Origin: Anthoceros angustus
Taxonomy: Eukaryota > Plantae > Anthocerotophyta
Reading direction: 5' to 3'
Length of the DNA stretch: 64,000 bases
Assembly (NCBI GenBank): GCA_010909165.1
Contig: MU008178.1
Span: 942,369-1,006,368, forward strand
Shown: positions 42,744-55,635 of the stretch, piece by piece
How positions within the stretch are numbered: position 1 is the first letter of the stretch
How the letters are laid out: each line of letters opens with the position of its first letter
Notes under the pieces: generated by a model
What the model saw: the letters and a program-made list of their open reading frames with translations, nothing else
Told to the model about the DNA's origin: nothing
Database searches by the model: none
Made by a program: the position numbers and the translations under genes

Positions 42744-43321
42744 CAGCATTGAATGAGGGACTGGTCAGTCGTCGATACGGCTCTAGATGCCATTTGTACT
42801 TGTTTGAAAGGGGTTGCGTAGCCTGGTTTGCCGCGACGCACGTGTTTTGTGCGCATGCTGAGCATCAATCCACGCCGCCAGCTGGCAGCTTCTACCAGGG
42901 TGCCCCTCTCCCGGCCCTTGGACACTGGTTCCGTAGCGAAGAACACGTAGGTTCATAAGCTTATGTATGTATTAGGAAACGGACGCGCGAAGGGGTGGCA
43001 GTCGAGGCCGAGGCCGAGGCCGAGACCATTCTAGGCGGGTCTGGGCGCCCGTTCCCTTCCCTGGCGCACGAGTCTGGAGTTGAGACTCGCCGCAAGGGGC
43101 CGAGACGCGCCAAGACTCGACTACAGACCTCTGTTAGGAATTAAGGAGTTGATGTTCGATGCACCAACTTATAAGTCTTTTTCTCTCACTATGGTGAATA
43201 AAAGAAAGTAATAAAACGTATGTTCTACATCTATTCGCTTTACCTTTTCTACTTACTAGCAGTAACTTTTTATCAGCCCTCTTCAACAGCCCTTCAGCAT
43301 TCTTATAAATGTGTCCCTTCA

Positions 43322-43383
43322 GCGTTCTTATAAATGTGTGTCCAAATGGCTTAGGCCAAATGGACACACATTTATAAGAACGC
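43322..43383. repeat. Perfect 23-bp inverted repeat (hairpin) with 16-nt loop
   Basis: GCGTTCTTATAAATGTGTGTCCA ... TGGACACACATTTATAAGAACGC. Confidence 0.9.
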
Positions 43384-43399
43384 CGTGATTAAGCATCCT

Positions 43400-43736
43400 C
43401 AGCTTAGAGGTACTTAGATGGGGTGGATGCCCTTGGTGCAAGTAGCTTAGGCACATCATGGTACAAGTTGTTAAGTACCAAGTCCCATGACGGAAATCCG
43501 TCCTTAGTGGACTTAAATAAAATTCTTCTTCTTCTTCTTCCTTCCGAAGAGCCCTTCCCAAGAGGTAGAGCATATCCTAGTAATATTCCCCCTGGTACAC
43601 ATGGTACAAAGTTGTTAAGTACCAAGTCTCATGACAGAAATCCGTCCTTAGTGGACTTAAATAAAATTCTTCTTCTTCTTCTTCCTTCTCAAGAGCCCTT
43701 CCCAAGAGGTAGAGCATATCCTAGTAATATTCCCCC
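43400..43736 (+). mobile_element. Non-LTR-like 3' end (stem-loop + AATAAA + (TTC)n), tandemly duplicated with its flank (~143-bp period)
   Basis: CATGGTACAAGTTGTTAAGTACCAAGTCCCATGACGGAAATCCGTCCTTAGTGGACTTAAATAAAATTCTTCTTC... occurs twice. Confidence 0.7.
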
Positions 43737-43916
43737 AGCATGGACGGAGTGTACATAGGTGAATTTGGTGTGTTACTAGGTCCTGCCTTGTCTTTAGAAA
43801 AATAGTTATATGGTTTAGACAGGAAAATAAGCATCTCCAAGATCTTATCAGAGTGACAAATGTTACAATCAATATATATATTCAAAATATATATTTGAAT
43901 TCTAATCAACTAACCT

Positions 43917-44015
43917 CAAAGAGAATAATTCCGTTGGACCCTCTGATAACTATTGACCAAAGTACAAAGAGAATAATTCCGTTGGACCCTCTGATAACTA
44001 TTGACCAAAGTACAA
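43917..44015. repeat. ~48-bp tandem duplication (2 copies)
   Basis: CAAAGAGAATAATTCCGTTGGACCCTCTGATAACTATTGACCAAAGTA x2. Confidence 0.9.
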
Positions 44016-44067
44016 ACAACTTAATCGCTAACCTCTATTTCTAGTCGAAGTTGATCTTATTTTCTAT

Positions 44068-44415
44068 ATATCTGTTTGATAAGGTTTAAACAAGTTCTGT
44101 GGAGGTTTCCAACACTCAGGAAATGATATTTGTTTGATAAGGTTTAAACAATTGCTATGGAGGTTTCCAATACTCTGGAAATGATATCTGTTTGATAAGG
44201 TTTAAACAAGTGCTGTGGAGGTTTCCAACACTTTGGAAATGATATCTGTTTGATAAGGTTTAAACAAGTGTTGTGGAGGTTTCCAACTCTCTGGAAATGA
44301 TATCTGTTTGATAAGGTTTAAACCAGTGCTATGAAGGTTTCCAACACTCTGGAAATGATATCTGTTTGATAAGGTTTAAACAAGTGCTGTGGAGGTTTCC
44401 AACACTCTGGAAATG
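44068..44415. repeat. 58-bp minisatellite, 6 copies
   Basis: Consensus ATATCTGTTTGATAAGGTTTAAACAAGTGCTGTGGAGGTTTCCAACACTCTGGAAATG, starting at 44068, 44126, 44184, 44242, 44300 and 44358. Confidence 0.95.
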
Positions 44416-44682
44416 TGATTGCAAGTTCTAGAAAAAAAAAAATCTATGATAATTTAAAACTTCTCTATACAAAACCTTGATATAGAAAAAAAAATGTCCG
44501 TCCCCTCTGTTCTCTTTGGTATGCCATACCGGATCACTCATAAGAGCCAATAAATCTATGGTTTTCAGCTCTTATTTAGAATTGTAGTCGATATTTCTGA
44601 AATATCACAAAATTAAATTCAAAAAACAATGATACTAAATTAAAACTAATGAAAAAGAAACAAATATATGGATAACTTATAC

Positions 44683-45630
44683 ATCTAAATCTCCTAATAT
44701 TCCTGCAGTGTTGGAGTGGCCCCATCTTCCTTCAGGATTTGCCCCGCCTGGTTTTGAATATTCTGTTCCCAAATTGGAACATATTTATTCTTGAAATCTT
44801 GGAATAGTTCAGGATATTGGTAGTTTTCCATCCATTTGCCGAATTCAGATAATTCTAGCTAAGGACTATATGTTGGTACTTGAGCATTAAGCTCTTCTAT
44901 TTTCCTCTTCCCCTTTTCATCCTACAAAGCCCTGGAAAACAAGTTAGGTAAAACAAAAAGTCACCTTAAACTGATCCAAAGTAATATTTGCCCAACCTGA
45001 TTGAAGCAGCCTCAATTGTCGATTTTCTCATTAATGTGTTGTATTTTATTCTAGATTTTCTTTGCCACAGCCGCTTGCTCACCAAAATGTATTAGAACTG
45101 TATTTATTACTATGATATTTTAAAAATAATAAAAAATAGTTTGATGATAAATACCTCTAATAATTATTGAATAAAAATTTGTTGCCCATTGAAATTGTTG
45201 ACGACGGTCAAAGTCTCCAACTCTAACTGAGCTGTTGTGCAAAGGCTTTTCTCAATATCTTGTTAAATAGAAAATGATTAGATATGATGCAGAACTCCAG
45301 AGGAAAAAAATTACAGCATAACAAAAAGCAATAAAAGTTCCTTTTACCTTCTTTATTTTGTTGAGTTGAGTGGGCATCTCGCAAAGGAGCTGCAGGTCTT
45401 GTTTGTGCCTGGATAAGAATATAGTATGTTATGAAACAACTAAAAGGGACACGTATTATTAGTCATTTGCCAAAGGGAACACAAAACCAAAAAGCCATTT
45501 CCACTAAGAAGAAAACCTTTCTCAATGATTGTATGTATTTCTAAGAGTGGAAGGTCAAACTCTGGTATGACGCCATATCTTGGATCCCCATGGTTGAAAA
45601 TAGTTTTGTCTGTGCTCGTTGCACATAATT
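44683..45630 (-). pseudogene. Possible decayed multi-exon gene of unknown family
   Basis: Exon-like blocks, mostly AG/GT-bounded, with near-open frames broken by TAG/TGA, e.g. KRKIEELNAQVPTYSP*LELSEFGKWMENYQYPELFQDFKNKYVPIWEQN. Confidence 0.4.
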
Positions 45631-46277
45631 GTAATCGTTTTTTGCAAGTAAACAATAATATCATGGGCAATATCTCTCACTTAAACAACTAGTATGGACA
45701 AGAGAAAATGGAGAAACTCAATTTGCCTATTAACAACCCAAGAAAAAATGTAAGTCATTTTATAATGCATTGTTTGGGTCATGTTTTTCTATGTTTCGTC
45801 AGGACTAAAAAAAAAATGTTGTTTGTGTATATCAAGCATGGTATGCCAAATCTTGAGTATCCAAAGTGATGTCATCCCGATTTATGAAGACTATGGTAGA
45901 AGAGGCTGGTCTTGATGGATATTACATCAACAATTAAGAGATGTCACGTCACTATGATAACACGACATGCCCATCCATTTGGCATGGCATTCCACAGTCA
46001 GTATCATCAACACGCATTCCGAACACTTACACTAATGCACACTCCAACTCAGCTGTCCAGCTCTAGCTCAGCTGTCCACCTCGGCCAATTAATGCAAGAA
46101 ATACAAGAATAGTTGGCAAGCCCCTTAGAAGGTCTCAAGGGCAAGGTCACTGTGGAATCTTTTACGGTTTGAAAAACAATCATTGTGCTTAATCACTCAT
46201 TGTCAAAAACCCTCGTGGGTTAAGGATTTCAGGGCTAGTCATTCCATTTTATCAATAATCTCAGGACAGCCGAGAAT

Positions 46278-46785
46278 ATGGACCTCAAATGTCCAAACTC
46301 GTACAAGATAAAGACAGAGATTCATGAGGGTAGGAGGTCTATAGACAGCATTTGCACAAGGTGCGGTCTAGTGTTAGAAGAACGTTGTCTCGACGAAACC
46401 TTGGAATATAGGAAGTTCGATAGTGATACCGAGCACAAGGAAAGGAGCATGTGGGACGTCCTATGTACACGGATGACTTGCTCGACCATGCAAGCCTAAC
46501 CACTTGCATCCACACTGCAGGCGCAAAGGAAAAATGGGTTGCATCCACAATGCGGAACGTGAATGCACAGGTTCCCAATCATGACGGCGGCTTGATATTT
46601 GCTTTTGATAGGATTTCAGAGCTCGCAGAAAGAATGAGAATTGTGCACGACACGCAGGTATTGGCAAGTTCCTTGTACAAGAAGTTGATGGGCTTGGGAA
46701 AAGGGAGTTGTGAAGAGACATGTGTGGCTGCTGCAATATACATGGCTTGTAAAGAAGAAGGGACTCCTCGGTCAATTAATGCAAG
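46278..46785 (+). pseudogene. Intronless, frameshifted, truncated TFIIB-like pseudogene
   Basis: Zn ribbon CPNS...ICTRCGLVLEERCLDETLEYRKF, a frameshift near 46450, then VGRP...AFDRISELAERM...AAAIYMACKEEGTPRS. The second cyclin repeat is absent. Confidence 0.82.
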
Positions 46786-46989
46786 AAATCTAGGAGGCTT
46801 TGGGTACTCGTAGCTATAGCCTTGACCTGGGGGTTGTTACGAAGTTGGTGGACCTCCGAGAAATGGAGGCCATGCATGACAAGCCGCGTACTCGAGGAAA
46901 TCCGCCGTGCACGTCCAAAGTTGTCCGGCCCTAGTATTTTGCAGCGCGGTTTTGTTCGAGGCTCGAAATGTGTAAGGAAAGTGCGAGAG

Positions 46990-47250
46990 TTGTCTTTCAA
47001 GCTCTGAGTGCGACGGAGGGATGCGCAATTGCGAAGGTTCAAAAGTACTTATCGATGCAGGAAGGTGACCCATTCATCCCCCTTGCCATCGAGACCCATA
47101 GGGCCATGGGCAAGGATTTCTCCAAGTTCATCAAAGCCTATACCAGGGCTTACCTGTGTGGTTGCTTTCTTCAAGCAATGGATGTCGATCGCCTTGTAGA
47201 GGGCGTTGCCATTTTATTGTATTGTATTGTATTGTATTATATTATATATA
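46990..47250 (+). mobile_element. Possible 3' remnant of a restriction-endonuclease-type (CRE/R2-like) non-LTR retrotransposon
   Basis: AIAKVQKYLSMQEGDPFIPLAIETHRAMG resembles the K..KY...F.P.A.ET.G motif, followed by an (ATTGT)n tail. Confidence 0.5.
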
Positions 47251-48177
47251 CTGGATCTGCATGAATATTACTTAATAGAAGTTATTTTATTGCTAGATTA
47301 GCGATGGTGATGGAATTCCTTTGATATTTGGAAAATCAATATTTATCCTACTATATTATAATTTATCTATGGTGTTTTAAATTTTGTATGCTATTCACCT
47401 GGCTATCTAATTTTTATCCTCATATTCCGATCTTGACTTGCATAGTAAAATACTTTCATCCATCTTTACGTAACTGTTTCATATTTTCTACTCTATTATA
47501 ATGAATTTCTACGCTCTTAATAAAACTAAGTATCGATTGATAACTTTCTCTCTCTTCGTTTTACCTTCACCATCCCGCAAAAAAACCGTGGAAGAAAGAG
47601 GAGGGCATCGCGTGGAGAGGTTGGCCTGGGCCTGGGCCTGGGCCTGCTACGGAGTGGTGAGTGGAGGAGGCCGGGGTCGGGTTTCATAATAATGGGACTG
47701 AATTGTTTGATTATTTAGTGTACCTGTCCACTGCGCACTGGCCTGGTTTTGGGTAGCTAGGCAGCACGAGCGAAAGTGGCATTCCAAGTCCCCTTCGTGT
47801 CAGAGTGTGCTGCAGGAACAGCGGAATCGTCCGCGCTGTTTCTGGCGAAGCCTCCTCACTGACGGATGAATTGTTTACGGAGTGTCTGAGGCCATGAGAA
47901 AGGCTGATCCCGATCTCTCCCCGTACTAGAGTAGTCTAGTCTATTTATAGCTATCTCCCGCGGAAGCTTGCGTGCTTGCGTGCTTGCTCATTGTGGAGTG
48001 GCTGTCGAAGCAGCTCAAAATGCATGTCCCGGGCCCGTGGCTGCATCGTGCCCATGGCCCCGCTCGAATGAAACTTGACATGTTTGTGGGGGAGTAGTTG
48101 CGCACACAAGGCAACCGTGTCGACAATCGCGAATCGCGAGTCGCGAATTGTGAATTGCAGCAGTCGGTGGGCGTCGA

Positions 48178-51100
48178 ATGGGGCCTGGTATCGAAGTGCC
48201 TCTGGCGGAGCAGGAGCGGGAGCCGGAGAAGCATCCGGATGGCTCTGCCACGGAAATGCCAGTGGGCAGCGGGCGCTTCTCCCGGGAGCTGAGCCGAAGG
48301 CGGTCGCTGGAGCTGAGCCTGGCCAGCAGCCTGAGCAAGCGCGGGTGGACGGTCCCGGACAACGTGTTCGCGCGGGAGTTCGATGCCCGCAACGAGCAGG
48401 ACGGGGCCGGGGACGACGAGCAGGCGCTCACGTGGGCCGCCATCCAGAGGCTGCCCACCTACAGCCGCCTGCGCACCACGGTGCTGGTCACCGCGTCCGA
48501 GAGCGGCCGCAGAACGCTGCACCAGCAGGTGGATGTCACCAAGCTGGGCTTCCAGGAGCGCCAGCGCCTCATCGACAAGCTCCTGGCCGTGGCCCACGAC
48601 GACAATGAGGCCTTCCTCAAGAAGCTGCGAGCTCGGATCGACAAGTAACGCCCTTTACTGCTTGCAATGCGCACAATTCCTTCACGCTCCCCTCGCTCGC
48701 CCGCGGCAAAGGGAAGGAACGTCTGTCAATGATTTGTGTTGCTTGGCTTCTGCTTCTGCCTCTGCTTGGGCAGGGTCGGCATCAAGGTGCCCACGGTGGA
48801 GGTGCGCTACCAGAATCTGTCCGTGGAGGGAGACACCTTCGTCGGGGACCGCAATCTGCCCACGCTTCTCAACACCGCGCGCACCATACTTGAGGCTGCG
48901 CTGCCGGCTGTCGGGATCCCATTGACAAGGAAAGTAGTGCATCCCATTCTCAAAGACGTGAGCGGCATCGTGGAGCCCGGCAGGTGGGTCATCAATTCTT
49001 GCCCACTGTCGCGGGCCTTGCTCTCAAACGATATCGCTTCCTGCAATTTCATCCTCACCATTCGGACCTTTGCTTGTGTCTCGTCTCGCCAGAATGACTC
49101 TGTTACTCGGCCCACCTGCTTCTGGGAAGACGTCCTTGCTGCTTGCTCTCGCTGGAAGACTCACCTCCGACTTACGGGTAAAACTTGCTTTGTCGTCCTT
49201 CAATTTTGCTGGCTTCTCACACATCCCTTCATCAACTGGTGTCCAACAACCACCTCCCGCAATTCAGGTTAAGGGCAAGGTGACATACAACGGAAAGGAC
49301 TTCACTCACTTCGTTCCTCAGAAGACCTCAGCTTACATAGGCCAGACCGACCTCCATACGCCAGAGATGACAGTGCGAGAAACCCTCGACTTCTCGGCCT
49401 GGTGTCAAGGCGTTGGGACCAGATATGGTGAGATTCAACTTTCCCAAGCTACTCACCAGCTCCTCCCTGTGCAACCGTTTCTTTCAGTGTACTTTATTTT
49501 TTGGAGCTAACAAAGCTGGATCCTACAACTTCATCATCTTATATGTCTTTGGACGTCAGAGATGCTTTCGGAGCTGATCCGACGGGAAAAGGAAGCTGCC
49601 ATTTTACCAGAGGCAGACATTGACTTGTACATGAAGGTCAGTCCTGGAGGACAGCTTCTATTCACTTTCAACCTGATAAAGCCTCCATCTTTTGCAACTA
49701 GTTCTGTTAGTGGGAGCAAGCTAGGAATGGATCACTTTCTGCCTGCTTCTGTACTATCAGCTGACACGGCTGGCAATTCGTTTTACAGGCTACCGCAATT
49801 GAAGGAGTGAAAAGCAGTCTTGTTACCGACTATACATTGAAGGTGAGCAATAATGCTTTCAAGACAAGAGCTTTCGTTGTTGCGCGGCTACCCTCCGAGC
49901 TTCCCTTCATCACGAGCGACTTCACGAGTCATTTGTCTTTGCAGATTCTGGGGCTAGATATCTGTGCAGATATCATGGTTGGAGACAACATGCAGAGAGG
50001 TATCTCGGGCGGGCAGAAGAAACGAGTGACTACTGGTAAAAGAATCATGCTGAATATCCTTATAAGCATAAGTCGTGGCTCATGGATCATAGGATTGTGT
50101 TCATCGATTCGACGAACCATTCAACTTCTTGAAATGTCCAGGAGAAATGATTGTCGGTCCTACCAAAACATTGTTCATGGACGAAATCTCGAATGGCCTG
50201 GACAGCTCAACAACCTTTCACATTGTGAGATGCCTTCGTCAATTTGTACATGTGCTGGACAGCACCATTGTTATCTCGCTGCTGCAGCCAGCCCCAGAGA
50301 CTTATGACCTGTTCGACGACATCATCCTTCTTTCAGAGGGCCAGATCGTGTATCACGGTCCTTGCGAACATGTTTTACCTTTTTTTGAGGAGTGTGGCTT
50401 CAGGTGTCCTGAGCGGAAGGGCACTGCCGACTTCTTGCAGGAGGTAAGAGCCTGCAGATGAAAGCAAGTTTTGAACTGTGCGTTGCATCAGAACAGTCCA
50501 GGTTCGGACGTCCTGCTCAACGTGTGCGCCTTCATGACTTGTAGGTGATCTCGAAGAAAGATCAGTACCAGTACTGGTATGACGACCAGCGGCCCTATCA
50601 GTATGTCACGCTGACAGATTTCGCAAACAAGTTCAAAGAATTCCACGTGGGGCAACGAGTAGCAGCTCGGCTGGGGACCAATTTTGACAAAGCAGCTAGT
50701 CACCCGGCTGCCCTTGCTTCGGATAAGTATAGCATCTCCAAACTGGGGCTTCTGAAAGCAAACTGGGAGAGGGAATGGCTCCTCATGAAACGAAACGCCC
50801 TGGTGTACAGGATTAAGGCCACCCAGGTGGGAATTCTTGTTTCTCAATTTTGGTGATCCGTGCGTATGGGCTACTGATGATGGGACAATTGGTTTTTACA
50901 TCAGCTGAAAGTTAACGATCTATTGTGGATGGCAGTTAGGAATCGTAGCGGTCGTTGCTGGAACAGTCTTCTTCAGGACTCGCCTGCACTATGACAACGC
51001 AAAGGACGGCCAGATATACATTCTTGCCTTGTTCTACGGCCTCGTGGTGATCATGTTCAATGGGTTTGCTGAGCTTAACCTTACCATACAAAGACTGCCT

Positions 51101-54100
51101 GTGTTCTTCAAGCAGCGCGACCTGCAATTGTATCCCGCTTGGGCATATGCGATTCCGGCCATAGTACTCAAGATCCCCATATCCTTCCTTGAGTCGTTTG
51201 TCTTCACGGCTATCACCTACTTCCTTGTGGGCTATGCACCCGAAGCTAGCAGGTACTTCTCGTTGCATTATGTTTGTTGCAGGATTCTCATTCTCCTCAT
51301 CTGTTTTGGGCGTTGCTTTTAACGAGTCCAATTTCTGTGGGTATGTTGCAGGTTTTTCAGACAGTTTCTCATCTATTTCTTGGAACATCTGACAGCAGCA
51401 GCAATTTTTCGTGGAATAGCTGCTCTTTCTCGAAGTATGGTTGTTGCTAGTACTGCAGGCTCGGGGGCCTTACTTATCGCCCTTGTTTGCGGAGGATTCC
51501 TCATTCCCAGACGTATGTGCATATAACTTTTACATCATGGATTCTGTGGGCGATGTACTAAGCCATTCCTATAGATGAAGTTTGCTCTCAAACATCGATT
51601 GCTCACTTATCCTTCGGGTTCCATGTGTGTGTGTGTGTCATGTTGCACAGCCAATATACCTCACTGGTGGATTTGGGCATACTGGGCTTCCCCTCTTTCA
51701 TACGTCGAGATTGCTCTTTCGGTCAATGAGATGCTGGCGCCAAGATGGATGAAGAGAATTATCACACCGGTGTGTACTTGCTGTTTCAAGTGTACCCGAG
51801 TGATAAAGCCAGTCCAGCTTGAAGCATGGTGTGAATGTATTGGTTGTTGCAGCTAACAGTGCAGTGTTGTGTTCAAACTAGCAGGCCGGAGAGACGAAGC
51901 CCCTTGGAGTCTACTTACTGGAAAGTCGTGGGCTGTTCTCCGACAAGTCCTGGTACTGGATCTCAGTTGGTGCTCTCATTGGTTTCATCATCTTGCTCAA
52001 CATTGTTTACATCTTTGCACTCACCTATCTGAACCGTACGTGTGATTCCGTCCGCAAATGGCAATTGGATTAATTGCAAGCTCAACATAGTGTGGATTCG
52101 GTCGTGTGCTCCTGGATCTGCTAGTGATTTTTTGTCCTTTGTCAGCAGCAATCAACAAACCACAGGCTATAATATCGAAGGAAGAACATGCAAAGACGGA
52201 GTTGTCTTCCAAGAATGAAAATGGAGCTGGTATTTTTCCTAGTCCTACACTAAGCTTGACGTTCTTAATCGTTGAGTACGGTCACTGAATCCTGGTCACC
52301 AAACATGTCTTGCAGGGAAGCTTTCCAGGAGGGATGTGGAGATAGTAGCATCGAAGTCAGCGTCGTCCAACAACGGAGATACTGTCTTGGAGGCTGCTGC
52401 GATCGCACAGAAAAAAGGAATGATCTTGCCTTTCATTCCATTGGGTCTATCTTTCGACAATGTTGGCTACTCCGTAGACATGCCGCCGGTATCTTCCCAT
52501 CTACGATGTTTGAAGCTAATTTGTGTCGGTGCACGTACGTTTGTGGCGGCACGCTTGCCGCATGACGGAGTTGGTAGACTGATAGCTCATCCTCCTTGTC
52601 GTATTTGCTGCAGGAAATGAAGGCACAGGGCATTGATGAGGACAGACTACAACTTCTTCGCAACGTGTCAGGAGCGTTCAGGCCTGGCATACTGACAGCG
52701 CTCGTAGGAGTGAGTGGAGCTGGGAAGACCACTCTAATGGATGTGCTGGCAGGAAGGAAAACAGGGGGATATGTTGAAGGAGACATTCGCATATCAGGAT
52801 TCCCGAAGAAGCAGGAAACGTTCGCACGGATATCCGGATATTGTGAGCAAAATGACATCCATTCTCCTCAAGTTACAGTGTATGAATCGCTGCTCTTTTC
52901 CGCCTGGCTTCGACTTTCTCATGACGTTCCCCAAGCGACTAAAATGGTGAGTTGCAAGCATCTTGGGAGTCTGTTAGCTCGTGTGGCAGCGTCAAATCCT
53001 CGAATGTTACTATATCCCGTCATTAGCGTTACGAGCAGGCGTGCTATTTGTCTCTGTTGAGTGGAAGTAACTGCTAGGTTTGTGGTGAGTTCTTAGCAAC
53101 GAATTGCTGGTTGCTGAATCCCTTCAGGTCTTTGTGGAGGAGGTTATGGGGTTGGTGGAACTCGCGCCATTGCGAAATGCACTGGTGGGTCTCCCCGGAG
53201 TGTCTGGGTTATCGACAGAGCAGAGAAAAAGGCTGACGATTGCAGTGGAGCTTGTAGCAAATCCTTCCATCATCTTCATGGATGAGCCTACATCTGGTTT
53301 GGATGCCAGAGCAGCAGCTATAGTGATGCGGGCTGTCCGTAACACAGTGGACACTGGAAGGACTGTCGTTTGCACCATCCACCAACCCAGCATCGATATT
53401 TTTGAATCATTTGATGAGGTAAAGTCTTCGAACTTTCTCTCCGACTATTCATCGCATGAGGGGCGGGTGAACTAGGAAGTTAGTTCCCTCTCTTCTCTGA
53501 GGGACTCACTGTGTAATTTCATGCATGCAGCTCATGCTCTTGAAGCGTGGGGGTCAAGTGATCTATGCAGGGCCACTGGGACGACATTCCGATAAGCTCA
53601 TTGAGTACTTTGAAGTAGGTGTTGACCACTAATTGTCGTGTACGGTTCTGATCTTTGGTGTGCATGCTAATGACCTTTCCCCCAAATTTCTACCTGCTCA
53701 GGCTGTTCCAGGAGTGCCAAAAATGAAAGAAGGAGTGAATCCCTCCACCTGGATGCTGGAAATCTCCTCAATTGTTTCTGAGGGTCGACTAGGAGTGGAC
53801 TTCGCTGAGATCTATGCAAACTCAACACTGCATCAGTACGTTGTTTAACCCTCAGCTTGAAGGGGACTGCGTCCATTTGCTTTAGTGTTGGTGACATGCA
53901 TGTGATGATTAGCTTAGATACTGAGGTGCAGAGTGGCTGGGCTACAGGCAGAACAAGGCTTTAATCAAGGAATGGAGCGTGCCTGGCGAAGGTGCCCAAG
54001 ATCTTTATTTTCCTACGGAGTATAGTCAGCCATTCCTGGTGCAGATGCATGCCTGCTTGTGGAAGCAGATGTGGTCATACTGGCGCAGCCCTGGATACAA

Positions 54101-55192
54101 TCTCGTCCGATTCAGTTTCACATCTTTTGCAACACTGGTGTTGGGCTCGTTATTTTGGAGAGCGGGCCGGTCAATGTAAGCCTGCTAAGTGTGGCAAGTC
54201 AGACAGAGGTCTCGGTGTTTTCGTGCCGCAGATAATGAGAAAAAGTAACATGTGGGAACAGGCATGTCTGACGAATCTGGTTGTTGGATGCTTTAGACAA
54301 ACACAGCAGGACCTTTACAACGTCATGGGTTCCATGTACGGTGGCACTATGTTCATGGGCATCAACAACTCTATGAGTGTGCAGCCCGCGGTTTCAGTGG
54401 AGCGCACTGTGTTCTACCGTGAACGCGGCGCTGGACTCTACTCTCCCTTGGCGTATGCCCTTTCCCAGGTATAAATTATGGCATGTCATCTTGCTTCCTG
54501 ATCCTGAGTCTTCTGGGTGTAAGTGGAGTTGGGAAAAATAACTGTGTCCTGCCCTATTCGTTCTCTATCAATCAGGTGATCATCGAAATCCCGTATGTGC
54601 TGTTCCAAACAACGGTGCATGTCTTGATAGCCTACGCCTTGATTGGGTACGACTGGGATCCAGCCAAGTTCTTTTGGTACTTCTACATCGCATTCTGCAC
54701 TTTCCTATACTTCACATTCTACGGCATGACGGCGGTGGCCCTGACCCCAAACCTTCAACTGTCCAACATACTTTCCTCTGCCTTCTACTTCATCTTCAAT
54801 CTCTTCTCCGGCTTCATCATTCCCAGACCGGTAAGTTGCTAACCCTCCTCGCACGTAAGCTGAAAATTTGGATGGAATTATGCCCAAGACACTGACCAAT
54901 TCGTTGCCACGCACAGCGCATCCCACCGTGGTGGATCTGGGCGTACTGGATCTGTCCAGTAGGATGGACCGTCACGGGGCTCTTGACGTCGCAGTATGCA
55001 GACTTGGAGACGAAAATCACTTTGGTTGGTGGAGAGCTGCAATCGGTAACAGTGAAGCAGTTCTTGAAAACCAACTTCGGGTATACAACTTCGTTACTGC
55101 CTGCCGTAGGCGTGGTCATCACCCTCTTCCCACTCCTATTTGCAAGCCTGTTCATCTTGGGCACCAAGAAGCTGAATTTCCAACGGCGATAA
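48178..55192 (+). CDS. ABCG: Full-size ABCG (PDR-type) ABC transporter, multi-exon, apparently complete
   Basis: [108 protein letters not shown], ending KKLNFQRR*. Confidence 0.97.
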
Positions 55193-55502
55193 GGCAGCAA
55201 ACGCCTTCGTCTGCGTACCGTAAGGTGTGTATAACGCATGTAAGATATTTGAAAAGGTCTCGAGATGCGCATCCAAAGGACTTGTGCTAGCTGGACCGAG
55301 GTGACTGCAGTACCCCAAACCCGAAACCGCTGGGAAATATTCCTTTTACATCATCTGTCGCCGTGCCGTGCACGAAAGTTAAGGAACTGTAACGAGTGGA
55401 ATATGAGTATGAACATGGTCTCTTCCCGGCTGTCTCTTCCCTTCGAGCTCATTCTTCGCCTCATTCTGCAATCCGGCTAGAGGCGAGAATTGTTCCAGTC
55501 AT

Positions 55503-55635
55503 AAATGGGTCCATTCCTGATTGGGGGAGTGTGCGGAAGGGAAACTACGAGAGGCGAGACATGTTTGAATGGGTCCATCCCTGATTGAAGGAGTGTGCTG
55601 ACGGGAGAGGCGAGACTCGTTTGAATGGGTCCACC
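55503..55635. repeat. Short degenerate tandem repeat (~55-63 bp, ~2.2 copies) between the ABCG paralogs
   Basis: AATGGGTCCA..CCTGATTG..GGAGTGTGC...GAGAGGCGAGAC..GTTTG repeated. Confidence 0.7.

Noticed and set aside
41868-42749. 293-aa antisense ORF over the THO2 3' end
   Set aside because: Shadow of low-complexity R/D/E codons on the opposite strand.
44068-44415. CRISPR-like array of palindromic repeats
   Set aside because: Units are head-to-tail with no unique spacers, there are no cas genes, and the context is eukaryotic.
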